NCBI RefSeq assembly: GCF_009914755.1
Contig: NC_060932.1
DNA length: 64,000 nucleotides
Direction: 5' to 3' (one strand)
Origin: the human T2T-CHM13v2.0 reference genome, Homo sapiens
The notes under the pieces were generated by a model. That model saw only the letters and a program-made list of their open reading frames with translations. It was not told the DNA's origin and ran no database searches. Position numbers and translations under genes: made by a program. Below are positions 1 through 22,370 of the stretch, piece by piece (within the stretch, counting starts at the first letter, position 1; each line of letters starts with the position of its first letter).

Positions 1-14
1 CTGTCAAAGATCTG

Positions 15-470
15 AAACATATTCATACCCTTTGGCCCCATAATTCCATGCCTGGGAATTTATCTTAAAGCAATAATCAGAGATGTGCCCAAAGATTTAT
101 GTATGATGATATTTATCACAGCATTTTTAATAATAGCAAGCAGTGGAAACAACTTAAATGACAAACAATAGGGGGTTGGTTAAATAAATTATGGTACATC
201 TATATCCAGAATACTGTGTAGCATTAAAAATAATGATCTTAAAGAAGCTTTTAAGGCTGTGTGAAAATGCTTATGATATTTCACTAAGTGAAAAAGACAA
301 GAGTCAATAGAGCAGATCCCAATTTGTTTAAAAAAGCATATCTATCTCTACATAGAAAAAATAATATGGATATATATTCTAAAATGTTAATAGTGATTAT
401 CTCTGTATGGTAGAACAAATGATTATTTATGTTCTTTTTTATACTTTTTCTCAATTTTAGATTTCAACAT
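15..470 (+). mobile_element. Old L1M (L1ME/L1MC-type) 3' end fragment
   Basis: Degenerate L1 ORF2 C-terminus/3'UTR motifs: ggaatttatcttaaag, ttaaataaattatggtacatc, gtgattatctctg. Boundaries approximate. Confidence 0.7.
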
Positions 471-527
471 ATGCTACTAGTATCTTCAAAAAAGACTTTC
501 TCTTTTTTTTATATGTCATATAATATA

Positions 528-966
528 CAATTGACCATGAAACAACATGGGGGTTAGGGGTACTAATACACCACACGGTAGAAAATCTGCATGCAACTTT
601 TGACTCCCTTAAATCTAACTGCTAATAGCCTACTGTTGACCAGAAACTTTACTGATAACACAAACAATCAACACGTATTCTGTATGTTATGTATATATTA
701 TATACCTTATCCTTACAAGAAAGTAAGGTGGAAAAAAGAAAATGTTATTAAGAAAATCACAAGGGAGAGAAAACATATTCACTGTTCATTAAGTAGAAGT
801 GGATAATCACAAAGGTCTTCATCCTCATTGTCTTCACATCGAGTAAGCTGAGGAGGAGGAGGAAGAGGAAGGGTTGGTTTTTCTGTCTCAGGGAGGGCAG
901 AGGCAGAAGAAAATCTGCATATAAGTAGACCTGGACAGTTCAAACTCCGTTGTTCAGGATTAACTG
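528..966. mobile_element. Tigger2a/MER28 TcMar-Tigger DNA transposon (non-autonomous)
   Basis: TIRs CAATTGACCATGAAACAAC and TTGTTCAGGATTAACTG, flanked by TA at 526-527 and 967-968; ~440 bp with the typical gaggaggaggaagagga tract. Confidence 0.88.
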
Positions 967-3277
967 TAAAACTTGTATTAAATACTTCCTAAATTTCCCT
1001 AGTTCAAGGAATCCCCCTGAGGGTTGGCTTTGCTGTGGCTGTTCAGTTCCACTGTTAGGTTCAGAAACATCATTTCATAAGGGTATTCAGAAGATAACGT
1101 CACTCTGGGAGGATGGTTCTCACTAATCAAGCTCAAGAGTGATTTCAATGAACATAAAAAGAACAATTAAGTAACTTTGAAAATGGACTGTAGTTTTCTA
1201 GTGATTAGAGTCCCACTGATTCATTGAAAGTGTGAGCTGGAAGAACCCTCAATGATGACAAACTCCAGAATGGTTAGTGTCATTCCCAGGTCACACAGAT
1301 AATAGTGAAAAAATGAACCCAGAACTCAGGTTTGAAACCTTTCTTCCACCTTCTCTTCCACACTGGTTTGAACTGAGCTCCAAGGTTTCCTCTATAGGAC
1401 ACTCCCTTTTTGGTATGAAGATGCTGGAAAATGTAAGTGAATAAGCTAGCTTTTAACGACTAATTCATTCTGAGCAAAGACAGTTGAGAAATCTTCCAGA
1501 GATGATACAGGCTGACTGCTATGGGTTCTGTGGGTTCTTAGTTGTTGTCTTTTCACTAATAAAATATCTGTTGGGTAGACCAAAATACTTATATATGGCA
1601 ACTATATGGGTCTTTTCCAGTTCTTGGAGAGAACCCAAAAAACCAAATCAAATCAAAACAAACACTGACAAATTATTATGAATTCTTACCTTTCTTCTTT
1701 ATTAAAGCTTTTTTAATGTTACCAGAAGCTTCTGTCATTTTAACACCATCTGGTTGCAGTTTTCTAAGAGGAAGGCAGCTCTTTGCATTTCTGTGGTTGT
1801 TAATTTCTGATGAAAGTGGGAAGCCCCACTGTTTATTATGTGTGAATTCCAGTGCTTTTCAGATATGGGGAGAGAATTGTGGACCTTGTCCCTCAGTTGT
1901 GGAGTGATTCCTCTTTTATGTGGGAGAGTTGTCCTTTATCCATATCCTACATTATTTCCTAAGCCATTACCATATATAAAATATCCTAATCTAATCTAAT
2001 TAGTATTAGTACTTGAAGAAGGTTCATGCAAAGACACCAAATAGGTCAGTATATCTCTTTTATGCTGCCTGAAATTCTACCTCTATTTCTTTTTTTTGGT
2101 CAAGAAACTTTCTTTCTAAATTACATCAACCTGTGTAAGAGATTAAGCGGTCTCGTAATTTATTTCTCTATAAGTAGCTATTTTTACATTACGTGTCTCT
2201 TTTATATAGTATTTTTCTGTGTTTGGCTTCTATAATTACTGCAGCTGATTTTAATATAACTTTGTGGGCAAACTGGTAGGAGGATGATATAAATGTTGGG
2301 AAATAGAAAAATTACATAAATACGACTTTTCTTCTTTATGTAATGTAATGAAATCATTTCTAGGTATGGGATACAGAGGGTGTTGGATTGGGAAGAAGTG
2401 CGTATGGGGAATTTAACACAGATAATATCAAGGTAACTGCAATACATTTTCCTATTAGATTCCAAACACCACCTGAAGATAATTTGGAAGGTGTAGCAGC
2501 AGAAAATTAAGCCCTGTAAATGCTGTCTAGCAAATTAAAAGACATAATTGATTATATTAGCTTATTTAAGTGCTTCTAATTGCGAGCAATAGGATTTGTT
2601 TGGTATGGCTTTTCAACTTACCAAGCAAAGTTTACACTGTCAACAAGCAAGTAATACAAGTTGCCAAATGGCTCTTCTAAAAATTTCAACTCTCAGGTGC
2701 TTAATTTTACTTGATACTTTCCTTTTGGTGCCAAACTCTCTTCTGTAGTCTCCAGTAAGTAAAACAAAAACAAAAACAAAAAACACCAAAAAAACTGTAA
2801 GAGCATCATGTTGGATTTAGGAGGGGTCCCCAATGCCCATCTATTCTTCTTCACTGCAGCCAAGGGTTCTAAACCCATATCCAGGCAAAGAGATTCTGTT
2901 TCCATTTGAGTTACTGATTGTAACATTCACACCTGTACTCAGAGATTCCCAGAGCTGGTTTTATGGGTAATACTTAAGGGTACCATTCTCTCTCTTCTGC
3001 TCGCTCTGCGATGCCAGAAAACCACAACCTTTGAGTCAGCACCCAAATACTCTAGGCCTGGAGGGTGTTAACACCAAGCTGGCTAGACCTCCTTTGGCAG
3101 TACATTTTTCTCTAATACAAGTGGGTAAGGCAATGGAATAGCACCCAGAGTATTCCTGCTTACTCACATAAAATTCTTAATTACCTATGCAAATTACCTG
3201 GTTTTAAAGGGCTCACAGATTCCCCCAACCCCATCGAAATGCTATTTGTTTTCTGAATATTGAGTCTCTCTGTTAAG

Positions 3278-3400
3278 GCACAATACATATTTATTGGGCA
3301 CTTTTCATGCATGCAACACTATTCTAGATGCTCTAGGGAAAGTAAAGAGGGTATGTGTCAAAATTTTTGTCCTCAAGGAGTTTACAGTATGTCAGAGAGA
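3278..3400 (-). mobile_element. L2 3' end fragment
   Basis: catatttattgggcac...cactattctagatgct...cctcaaggagtttacagt resembles the reverse complement of the L2 3' end. Confidence 0.6.
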
Positions 3401-3884
3401 CAATGAATGCTTACCTTAAAATAGCTACAACATAAGTCAGTTATTTGTAAGTGTCAACTGACGTGCGTAAGGGACCTGTTCTAAATCCTGCTAAGTTGTA
3501 AGTACTGAGAAGGTAAGGACTCAGGATTCTTGAAGGCCAGCCTGGGTTTCTCCCTTGCGTTTACTCAGCATCTACGCCCAGGGACAACTGAGAAAGCAAG
3601 GTTATTGTACTCAGTTCTTGAACATTTTTACAGTTCAGTGAATGATGTCCTTTTCCACCTGGGGAGGGGAAACATTAAATGGTTACTGACATGCTATTTC
3701 CTTGCCCGCCATCTCTGTTTGGAAATACCAGTTATGGGAGGAATGGAACAGGGAGAGACAAGCACCAAGATGATTTTGATATGGTCTTATACATGCTCTT
3801 CTATTTGCATGCTAAGCCTGCTACTAGATGTTCCCAATGCAGATGAAGCTGTGAATGTGAAAGAGTTTTTAAAAGCATAAATAA

Positions 3885-4150
3885 TTGTAATAGCCAGCAT
3901 TTATGAGCACTGTGTGCCAGGCTCCTGGCTAAGCATTTTGTGTATATGATTTATTTTAATCCTGATGACAACTTTATGAAGTCAAGTAGTATTTTTAGTA
4001 TCATCATTTTCTAGGTGGGGAAACAGAGCTTGAAGAGGTTAAGTTGCTTGCCCAGTATTACCTGGCTAATGGCTACTGGCAGAACGAGAATGTGAGCCTT
4101 GGTCTGAGTGACACTAGAGCTCACGTTCTCTAACACTACTCTATACTACC
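3885..4150 (-). mobile_element. MIR SINE
   Basis: Reverse MIR core ggggaaacagagcttgaagaggttaagttgcttgccc, plus tail catttatgagcactgtgtgccagg. Confidence 0.85.
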
Positions 4151-4669
4151 TTTTAGAAAGCATTTTATTACACCAAGGGATGGTGATGTTTATGTAGGTA
4201 ATGATGGTGCGGAAAGAGGGATGGCAGCTCACTTTCTGTATCTAGAAAGAAGCTTTCTGGTGCTACCTGTTGGGATTTCTTGTATTCCCATTTCCAATAA
4301 TCTTTAATTAGAAGCAGAAGGATGAGATGAATACAGGTATCACTTCCCTGCCCCACTACAGAGACTAGGTCTCTCTCCATTTAGACATAAGTTCCTGTCT
4401 TGAGACAAAAAACCCTTTGTCAGATTGGATCAAACTTTTGACTTTGGGTTATACCAATGACTCACCATTTATGATTCCTGATCACAGTTGCCTGTGGATG
4501 ACATAAGCCTTCCCCCATGCTCGGGATTTCTAAAGGCTGGCTGTGTCTGCTCCTTATCTGTGGTTGAGGATCTTTGATTTACAGATCCTTATCTCTTCTC
4601 AGTAGCACGTTATTGTGTGTTTCTATAGCCCACTGCCTGGGCTCAAGTGTCAGCTTCCAAATGAGACCC

Positions 4670-4860
4670 AATCTGGCTGTGCCACTTACTGGCAGCATTG
4701 CTTTGGGTAAGTTATTTGACATTGCTAAGATTTAGCTTCCTCAAATCTAAGATAGTTTAGTAGTACTTACACATTTTTGTGGTTGAGAAGATTAAATAAT
4801 GCTTGTAAAATGTTTAGCACATTACCAGGCACAAGAAAACTACTCAGTAAATGGTTGAAT
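4670..4860 (+). mobile_element. MIR SINE
   Basis: gccacttactggc...tttgggtaagttatttgac...agattaaataatgcttgtaaaatgtttagcac. Confidence 0.75.
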
Positions 4861-5392
4861 AGTCTATCCTTTTACATAGCTTTGGCTTTCTCTGAGTAAT
4901 TGGACTTTTATCCTTTCCCTGCCAGTGGGAAAATGATCCCCCTAGGCCAATGGTCTTGGACAATGAGCTTGGGCAGTGTTCCAAAGGTAAGAAATAGGTG
5001 GCTGAGGTCTTGGCTTTCTAGAGCAGTTGGATCTGCTCCAGATGCCTCTAGGCTTCCTCAAAAGGTGGTCCCGGCCAGGGTGGGGCTAATTAGCCCCAGA
5101 AGTCCTAGGCCAGCTGCTTTGGGGAGCTGCTGTAACTGGGGCCTTCCAGCAAGCTCAGAAGGCACTGCTATCTTCATACTCCCACAGCTTCCCTGTGGCC
5201 TTACTGAGACAACTTCAGCTACCCCCAACTACAATACCCTTATACTTGATGACACATGGGGAAGCCCCATTATTTATTATGTGTGGATTGCAGTGTTTTC
5301 CACATATAGAGAGACAACTGTTTGTGGGCCTTGCTACCTGGCTCCTGACCAGCCTGCTGATCCAACCTGACATACTTTTGCTTTCAATTTAG

Positions 5393-5724
<332 letters not shown>

Positions 5725-5728
5725 TGAT

Positions 5729-6289
5729 TGTTATAGTAGGTAGTCACGCAGGCATAAGCAGGAGAGGGTTCCCCCTCCCCACACCAGGAATGTCAGGTGA
5801 CCATCAGGTGATGGTCAGGTAGTTGTTAAGCTGTTGCTCTAAAAAAATTGGTCACAACTGGCACCAGGGAAAGGCAGTCTCTCAGTATGTAGAAAAACCT
5901 GAAACTGGTGATCAACTTCCCAATAAGATCTCCTGAGCTAGAGGGCTCACACATGTGCATTAAAAGGCAAAATGGTGAAGTTTAACTGGTATATTACCTT
6001 ACAGAAACACTGGACTTGTAAGGGAAAAAGGCTTCAAGTGAGCATGAGTACAACTCTAGTAAACACACTGCACATGCTCCTCTCCCAATCACTGGTAGGC
6101 CACTGTGCATGCAGGACAGACCGCCCCAAGGGAAGAATCAGAGGAGAAGTAACACAAGACCCCAGAAGCATGCCAGCATATAAAACCACAAGTGAAAAGG
6201 TCAAACTGTGCACTGGATCACTCAAGCTGTCTGCTCGGCCCACTTCCAAGTGTACTTTCCTTCCTTTCATTCCTGCTCTAAATCTTCTT
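5729..6289 (+). mobile_element. MER50 ERV1 solo LTR, 5' part
   Basis: Starts TGTTATAGTAGGTAG...caggaatgtcaggtgaccatcaggtgatggtcagg; TATAAAA at 6179-6185; 4-bp TSD tgat at 5725-5728 matches 11187-11190. Confidence 0.85.
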
Positions 6290-6539
6290 TTATTATTATT
6301 ATCATTATTATTTTTATTTTATTTTATTATTATTATTTTACTTTAAGTTTTAGGGCACATGTGCACAATGTGCAGGTTTGTTACATATGTATACATGTCC
6401 CATGTTGGTGTGCTGCACCCATTAACTCGTCATTTAGCATTAGGTATATCTCCCAATTCTATCCCTCCCCCCGCTCCCCACCCCACAACAGTCCCCGGTG
6501 TGTGATGTTCCCCTTCCTGTGTCCATGTGTTCTCATTGT

Positions 6540-10362
<3,823 letters not shown>

Positions 10363-10425
10363 TATGATGTTAGCTGGTTATTTTGCTCGTTAGTTGATGC
10401 AGTTTCTTCCTAGCCTTGATGGTCT

Positions 10426-11015
10426 TTACAATTTGGCATGTTTTTGCAGTGGCTGGTACTGGTTGTTCCTTCCATGTTTAGTGCTTCCTTCAGGAGCTCT
10501 TTTAGGGCAGGCCTGGTGGTGACAAAATCTCTCAGCATTTGCTTCTCTGTAAAGTATTTTATTTCTCTTTAACTTATGAAGCTTAGTTTGGCTGGATATG
10601 AAATTCTGAGTTGAAAATTCTTTTCTTTAAGAACGTTGAATATTGGCCCCCACTCTCTTCTGGCTTGTAGAGTTTCTGCCGAGAGATCAGCTGTTAGTCT
10701 GATGGGCTTCCCTTTGTGGGTAACCCAACCTTTCTCTCTGGCTGTCCTTAACATTTTTTCCTTCATTTCAACTTTGGCGAATCTGACAATTATGTGTCTT
10801 GGAGTTGCTCTTCTCAAGGAGTATCTTTGTGGCGTTCTCTGTATTTCCTGAATTTGAATGTTCTTGCCTGCCTTGCTAGATTGGGGAAGTTCTCCTGGAT
10901 AATATCCTGCAGAGTGTTTTCCTGCTTGGTTCCATTCTCCCCGTCGCTTTCAGGTACACCATTTAGATGTAGATTTGTTCTTTTCACATAGTCCCATATT
11001 TCTTGGAGGCTTTGT
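10426..11015 (-). pseudogene. LINE-1 ORF1p C-terminal remnant
   Basis: ORF 10569-10817 contains RRATPRHIIVRF...ARREWGPIF...YPAKLSF. Confidence 0.9.
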
Positions 11016-11186
11016 TCTAAAGCTTCTTAATAAACTTTCACTCCTGCTCTAGAACTTGCCTCAGTCTCTCCTTCTGCCTTATGCCACTTGGTTGAATTCT
11101 TCCTTCTGAGGAGACAAGAACTCCTCAGAAAGAACCCAACTCCTTGTGGGTTGCTGCAGACCCATACGTATTCTGTGCCCGTGACA
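11016..11186 (+). mobile_element. MER50 LTR, 3' part
   Basis: AATAAA at 11029-11034, then actttcactcctgctct...ttgctgcagaccc; ends CA at 11186 followed by TSD tgat. Confidence 0.85.
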
Positions 11187-11302
11187 TGATCATCAGGCTC
11201 TGTTCCTCTTTCTGTCACCCTTGACCCAGAGGAAGCACTTGTCAGGTTTATCTCTTGGTGCTTGCTCTGCCTTTAACCCTTTCTTCTCACAGGGCCTTTC
11301 TT

Positions 11303-11662
<360 letters not shown>

Positions 11663-12254
11663 TAGTTGAGCTCTTCTGTGACAATGCTGCTGCCACCTCA
11701 GGTAACCTGAGTGGAAGAAGGAGGAAAGCAATTCCATCTTCAGTGACCTGAGTAAAGCTGTCTTCCGTAGCCACATGTGGAGAATTGTTCTCATTATGAC
11801 GATTTGAATGTCATAAATCTTTGTGCTTCTCCAGTGACATAGAGTAAAGCCTCATTAATTAAGGCCTCACTGAATTCAGAATTTAAGATAATTTGTTCAT
11901 AGGCCAAGCTGAAATTTACATTTGCACTATCTATGAAAAAAAGGTTCATTAAGTAAATCAATAAAGTAAGGAAGATTGTAGGAAACCTGTTTAATCTAAT
12001 TAAGAAAACAAACTATTTTCAAGCACTTTGTAATACCATCGACATATAAACAATGTGCTCATTACAAATGACTGTTATGGGATCATTAAAGCATTTTTGA
12101 GGAAGATTCCTGTTTGACACCTTTTTTTTTAATTGAATGATTACTTCAAGTAAATGTATTTAATCGAAGATAATGAAACTGCTTTTTAAAATAATTTGTG
12201 GTTTCAGTCTTTCCTGTAAGTGGACATATCAGTAAGGTATTGGTCAAGAGAGAA

Positions 12255-12440
12255 GTCAACCTGGGACTCTGGCGTTTGCATGTTGGCTCTCTGACTGTGA
12301 ACTTGGGCAAGTCATTTCCTTCTATAAGCTATGATTTCGCCTTCTCCAAGCGATTTTGAGAGGATTCAATAAAATAACATATGTAAGGTATTTTTCACTG
12401 TCTTAGACATTGAATGATAAGCAACAAAAAGCAGCTGTTT
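12255..12440 (+). mobile_element. MIR SINE
   Basis: ctgtgaacttgggcaagtcattt...gagaggattcaataaaataacatatgtaagg. Confidence 0.7.
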
Positions 12441-12444
12441 CGTC

Positions 12445-12580
12445 TCAACCCATATAACAGAACCTGAGACAATTGTCATTATTCTCATTTTCCACATGAA
12501 GAAACATGGGCTCAGAAACATGGCCTCATTTTTCCAGGTAGTAAGTGGAAGAGCTGGGATACAAGCTGGGGCCAGCCTGG
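12445..12580 (-). mobile_element. MIR fragment
   Basis: ctcattttccacatgaagaaacatgggctcaga...agtaagtggaagagctgggat. Confidence 0.6.
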
Positions 12581-12715
12581 TACCATGCCTACCTCTCTCG
12601 CCTCGGTTCTCTGTGTCATATCCTGTCTGATGGCTCTCAGTGGGGTAACCTGTGTCTCGTACACACCCTGGAGATACTGGTGCTTACTGTTGCACAGGCT
12701 AACTCTATTATGTTA

Positions 12716-13348
<633 letters not shown>

Positions 13349-14369
13349 AGCCATGATTCTGTAGCTGTTTTTCTTCCTTTTAGTGCAGTAGAAAAAATGA
13401 AAACCTTTTTCTGATGCATGTATTTTATTTTCAAATTTTAAAGCAGAATTAACTTGACAGTGAGAGGAAGGACAAAATTAAGGGTATCTGAAATGGGGCT
13501 TTTGAAAGATGCAGAAAATTTCTGGTATCTCAGAGAAGGGAGGGGAAAGAAAACCAACCATGTCGTCCTGAAGGCACCAGGCTGATCTCAGCCACGCACA
13601 AATCACTCAGAGGAGATCAAGAGCCGCTGCTTTTAATACTGAAGCCAGAGCTTCCAAAGTGATGGAAATCTATTGTTGACAAGAGGGAAGAAATATGGAT
13701 TAAGCCTATAACTCTGTTTAGAGCATCAGGGGATGAATTAGCCTAATTGGAATATTAGTCTCAGTTACAGAGAGCAATCACTACAGGCTGCCTCTGTTTT
13801 TATTAGAAATTTAATTAAGTTTATCAATGTTTGGCTTCTCTGGCCTTCATTTTCCAGATTCTCTCTGGACAGCCCTATTGTTTAAGGGGAATTTTCTTTC
13901 ATTTTTATATTGTTTCCTAGGAAGGGAGTTGGGCTGGGATCCGAGCAGAGATTTGGGGATGGAAAAGGGGTTGGAAAGACAGGAGGGTGATTCTTAAAGG
14001 TGCTGGCCCTTCTTGGGGAGCTCAGCTGACAGGCATCAATGGTGAGGGCTAAGGGCTTGGTTCTCACAGCACTGGGGGCTCACCAGCATTAAACAGAACT
14101 TAAAAGGGAACAGTCTAAGTCCAGGAACCAAGCATTTTCTAAATCTACTTGACAAAATGCCAAAGCATTTCTTTAGATGCCTCCAGTAAGAGCACAGGCA
14201 TGGGCCTCCATGATTCTGCAATTTAGGCTTTGACAGGCAAATCTCCTCTAGGAAAATAGGTGATTTTATCTAATCACACGGTATCTGTGGCCACAATTTA
14301 TAGGAAGCATTGTGTGCACAATGTAAATGCTTCTAAGAAGAATGTGGGTTTTTCAGTTCAGCAGAAAGT

Positions 14370-14470
14370 GTGCCTTCCTTCTTCCTTCTCTGTTATCTTC
14401 CTATTCTTCTCCTCCTTCTCTCTCTACCTTTCCCTCTCCTTCTCTCCTTCATCTTATCCTCCTCCTCCTT
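14370..14470. repeat. CT-rich low-complexity tract
   Basis: ccttccttcttccttctc...cctcctcctcct. Confidence 0.8.
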
Positions 14471-14554
14471 TTGCAATGAGTTTAGGTCTCTTCTCTAATG
14501 CAGACTTTTCTTTCTGCTTGTTGTTCTCTTCCCACCCTGACCCCAGCCACATCC

Positions 14555-14735
14555 AAACTTTTATTTTAAAAATGTTCAAATCTATGGATTGTTATTTTAG
14601 TATTTTTGTTTCCTTTCTACGTGTGTATGTATTTATACATATGTGTATAAGACTGTATATTATTTGTTTTTGCTGAATTATTTGAAAGTAATTTGAAGAA
14701 ATGATTATACTGTACTCATAAACATTTTAGCATGT
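14555..14735 (-). mobile_element. L1MC/L1ME 3' end fragment
   Basis: Reverse complement of 14690-14735 resembles the L1MC4-like sequence at 30020-30070. Confidence 0.55.
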
Positions 14736-15229
14736 GAAAAGTCTTGTTTTGACATGAATTTTGTCATAAATGATTCTGAACATGGAGTGCAAGAACCCTT
14801 TCTGTGGAGGAAGAACACTTTAAATAGGGTTCTTTTGGGAGTCAGGGAGAAAGAGGCAACATGGTGGAATTAATTGCTGATGATAATTTGTAACAAATTG
14901 ACCTAACAACATCTCCATCCCTACACCAAAAAAAGTCTTTTCTCCCACCCCAAAGAATAAAACCCAAGGCTTTTTCAGTATCTTTATTTCTTCTTGCGAA
15001 TAAATTTATTTTTTTGGATAACTGGTCTGTTTTGTCTTTTTTATACTATTCCATGTACAGTTGTAAAAAGCACTGTGTTCTATATTCAGCTTTTAAGCAT
15101 AATTCTCAGCTTTATTTGAAGGGCAATGTGACAATGGTTAAGCCATTTAATCTCTCCGGTCTTTAGCTTTCCCTGCTGAAAAATGGGGTGGGGGTTAAGG
15201 ATCTTATGGGACCTTTAAAGAATTCAAAT

Positions 15230-15585
15230 TTACTTATAATTTACTTATAATAAAATGAACCGATTTTAAGTATACAGTTCAGCGAATTTTGGCAAATGTA
15301 TATGTCCATGGAACTCAAATCAATTCAGAACATCTCCATTACCTCCAAAATATTACCTAGGGCCACTTTGCAGCTAATCCCCATGATGCAGTCTTGACCC
15401 TAGGCAACCTCTGATTTGCTTTAGCATATTTTAGAATTTCATACAGTATATACTGTTTTGTGTTGGCTTTTTTGCTCAGCGTAATGCTTTTGAAGTTCTC
15501 CATGTTGTTGCACCTAGCAATAGTTATTCTTTTTTATTTTTAGTGTTCCACTGTGCAGAATCTGAATGGAATTTCCATTGTATGG
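15230..15585 (-). mobile_element. L1MB/L1ME 3' end fragment
   Basis: ttttaagtatacagttcag...cagaacatctccattacc...ctaggcaacctctgat...ccatgttgttgca. Confidence 0.75.
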
Positions 15586-15619
15586 CTTTTGCGTTATTCT
15601 TGCCATGCAGTTTTCTTCT

Positions 15620-16790
15620 ACATACATTGTAAACTCCACAACATAATATTGTAATTTTTGCTTTTTAATTATATTGTAAAAATATTTTTAAAGTGAAAAA
15701 GTAATTTTTAAATTTACCCTCACATTTACCATTTTCAATGTTATTCATTCCTTTGTGTAGATTCAAGTTTCCATTTGGTACCATTTTCCTTAACCAGAAG
15801 ACTTTCACATTTCTTATAGTGCAGGTCTGTAGATGGCCACACTTCTTAGCTTTTGGTTGTTTGAAAAATATTTATCTTTTTCTTGAAATATATTTTTATT
15901 GGATATACTAAATTGATCATTTTGTTTGTTTTTGTTTTTTCAACACTTTAAAGATATAATTCCATTTTCTTTTGTCTTACCTTTTTCCTAACAGAAACTC
16001 AGTATATAATTCTTATTGTAGTTCCCCTTTATGTAATGTTTTTTTCACTCTGATTTTAGGATTTTCCTTTTTATTACTGGTTTTAGCCACTAAGTATGGG
16101 TTATGTACTTCTATATGTTTCTTTATGTTTATCTTGTTCAAGGTTGAACTTCTTGAAAATTTTTCATCAAATGTAGCTTTTCTCAACTTTGGAAAATGTT
16201 TAGACCTTTAATTTTTTTCCCCATTCTCCCTATACCTTCTCTCCTTCTGGGAGATATTTACATGTATATTAGACTTAATATTGTCCTGTAAATCACAGAG
16301 GCTCTGTTTTTATTATTGTTGTTGATTTTTCTCTTGCTGATAGTTTGGCACTGTGTCCCCACTTAAATCTCATCTTAAATTGTAATCCTCATGTCTGGTG
16401 GGAGGTGATTGGATCATTGGGGCGGTTTCCCTCATGCTGTTCTTTTGGTAGTGATGGTTTAAAAGTATTTGGCAGTCCCACCCCTCCTCCTCCTGCTGCC
16501 ATGTAAGACGTGCCTGGCTTCCCCTTTACCTTCTGCCGTGATTTTAAGTTTCCTGAGGCCTTCCTAGCCATGTGGAACTGTGAGTAAATTAAATCTCTTC
16601 TTTATAAATTACCCAGTCTCAGGTATTCTTTATAGCAGTGTGAAAATGGACTAATACACTTGTCAGTTTTAGTATTTATTGCTGTGGTCTTAGATTTACT
16701 GGTTATTTCATCTGCAGTGTCTAACTTGTATATCTCATTAAATTTTTTTTTTTAAATTCAGACATTGTACTTTTCAGCTTTAGAAGTTTG
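15620..16790 (-). mobile_element. Old L1M internal fragment, interrupted by a THE1 LTR
   Basis: T-rich reverse L1 sequence (catttcttatagtgcaggtctg, ctccttctgggag...tacatgtatattagac); likely continues at 21520-22370. Confidence 0.6.
16338..16658 (+). mobile_element. THE1 (THE1D-like) MaLR solo LTR
   Basis: TGATAGTTTGG...gaaaatggactaatACA; 5-bp TSD cttgc/cttgt. Confidence 0.88.
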
Positions 16791-16929
16791 AGTTTTGTGA
16801 CTTCTAGACTATAGACAGTGCAAGGATTCTTGAATCTGTGAGCAGAGTGGTGCATAGGCTGGATACAGTCTGTTGTGGTAGAATACAGTTGAGGGTACCA
16901 CATTGCATTTAGTTGATTTTTTGTTTGTT

Positions 16930-16982
16930 TGTTTCCCTAGCGCTTAGCACAGAGCCTGGCAATAGTAAAAATACAATGAATG
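16930..16982 (+). mobile_element. L2 3' tip
   Basis: ccctagcgcttagcacagagcctggcaatagta. Confidence 0.6.
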
Positions 16983-21385
<4,403 letters not shown>

Positions 21386-21519
21386 GCAGTTTTCTTTTAA
21401 AAAATCAACTTTATTGAAATATAATTATGTACAATAAATTGCATCTATTTAAAATATACAATTAAATATATATTTTCTTCTATATTCATGTCTTTCTATT
21501 CTTAATTATATTTCTAATA

Positions 21520-22370
21520 ACTATTTTAAAGTTCGTTTCTGTTAATTCCTTTACCATTCACTGTTATTTCTAGGATGCTTCTATTGGTATGATTTTGTTC
21601 TGGCCATGGGTCAAAATTTCCTGCATTTTTTGCATGTTTAGTAATTTTTGATTGGATTTTGGATATTTTTATGTCGCTGAGTATCTGGATTTTTTTTTGT
21701 CTTCCTTTAAATAACTTGAGTTTGTTTCGATAGGCAGGCAAGTTATTTGCATATGATTTGATTTTTTTAAAAATACTCATCTGTAAGTTTATTAAAGGCT
21801 GAAGTGTAGTATTTGCTCTATGGCTACTCTAACCTTACTACTAAAGCCTGATTGAGTATCTTTACTGAATGCCCTGGATGTTAATGAGATCTCTTTTTTT
21901 CTGACTGGTGGGAACTTGAATGGTATAATACTTCTTTTCCCTGCCTCATAGAGTTTCTGTCTATATATGCATAGCTTAGTATTTAGCAACAGTCTTATGA
22001 GGTTTTCCTAGGCAATTTTCTGGGTCTCATTTTTTGCATAACTCTCTCCTTGCCACTACCATGTCTCACAAATTTCAGCTGCCTCAATCTCCCTGAACTC
22101 CCATCTCCATCTTCTCACCTTCTTAAGACTTCTGTGCTCTGTCTGCATTCCTCTTCCCTGAGAAACAGACTAGAAAGTGCCATAAGAGAGAAAGCGGGGG
22201 CAATTGTAGGACTCACCTCATTTGTTCTCTTTTCTCAGGGATCACCATTCTGTGCTGCCTGTTGTTCAATGTCTGAAAACTCTTGCTTTATATATTTTGT
22301 CCAGTTTTCTAGTTTACAAAAGGCAGAGTGTCTGGTGATAGTTACTCCATCATGATCAGAAACAGAAACT
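21520..22370 (-). mobile_element. Old L1M internal/5' fragment
   Basis: Degenerate reverse L1M sequence (catgtttagtaatttttgattgg, ctgactggtgggaac). Confidence 0.5.

Noticed and set aside
4900-5370. 156-aa ORF in unique sequence
   Set aside because: Non-ATG start (TTG), no recognisable domain, no supporting exon structure.
13921-13990. G-quadruplex candidate
   Set aside because: Needs a 16-nt loop to reach four G-runs; weak and common by chance.
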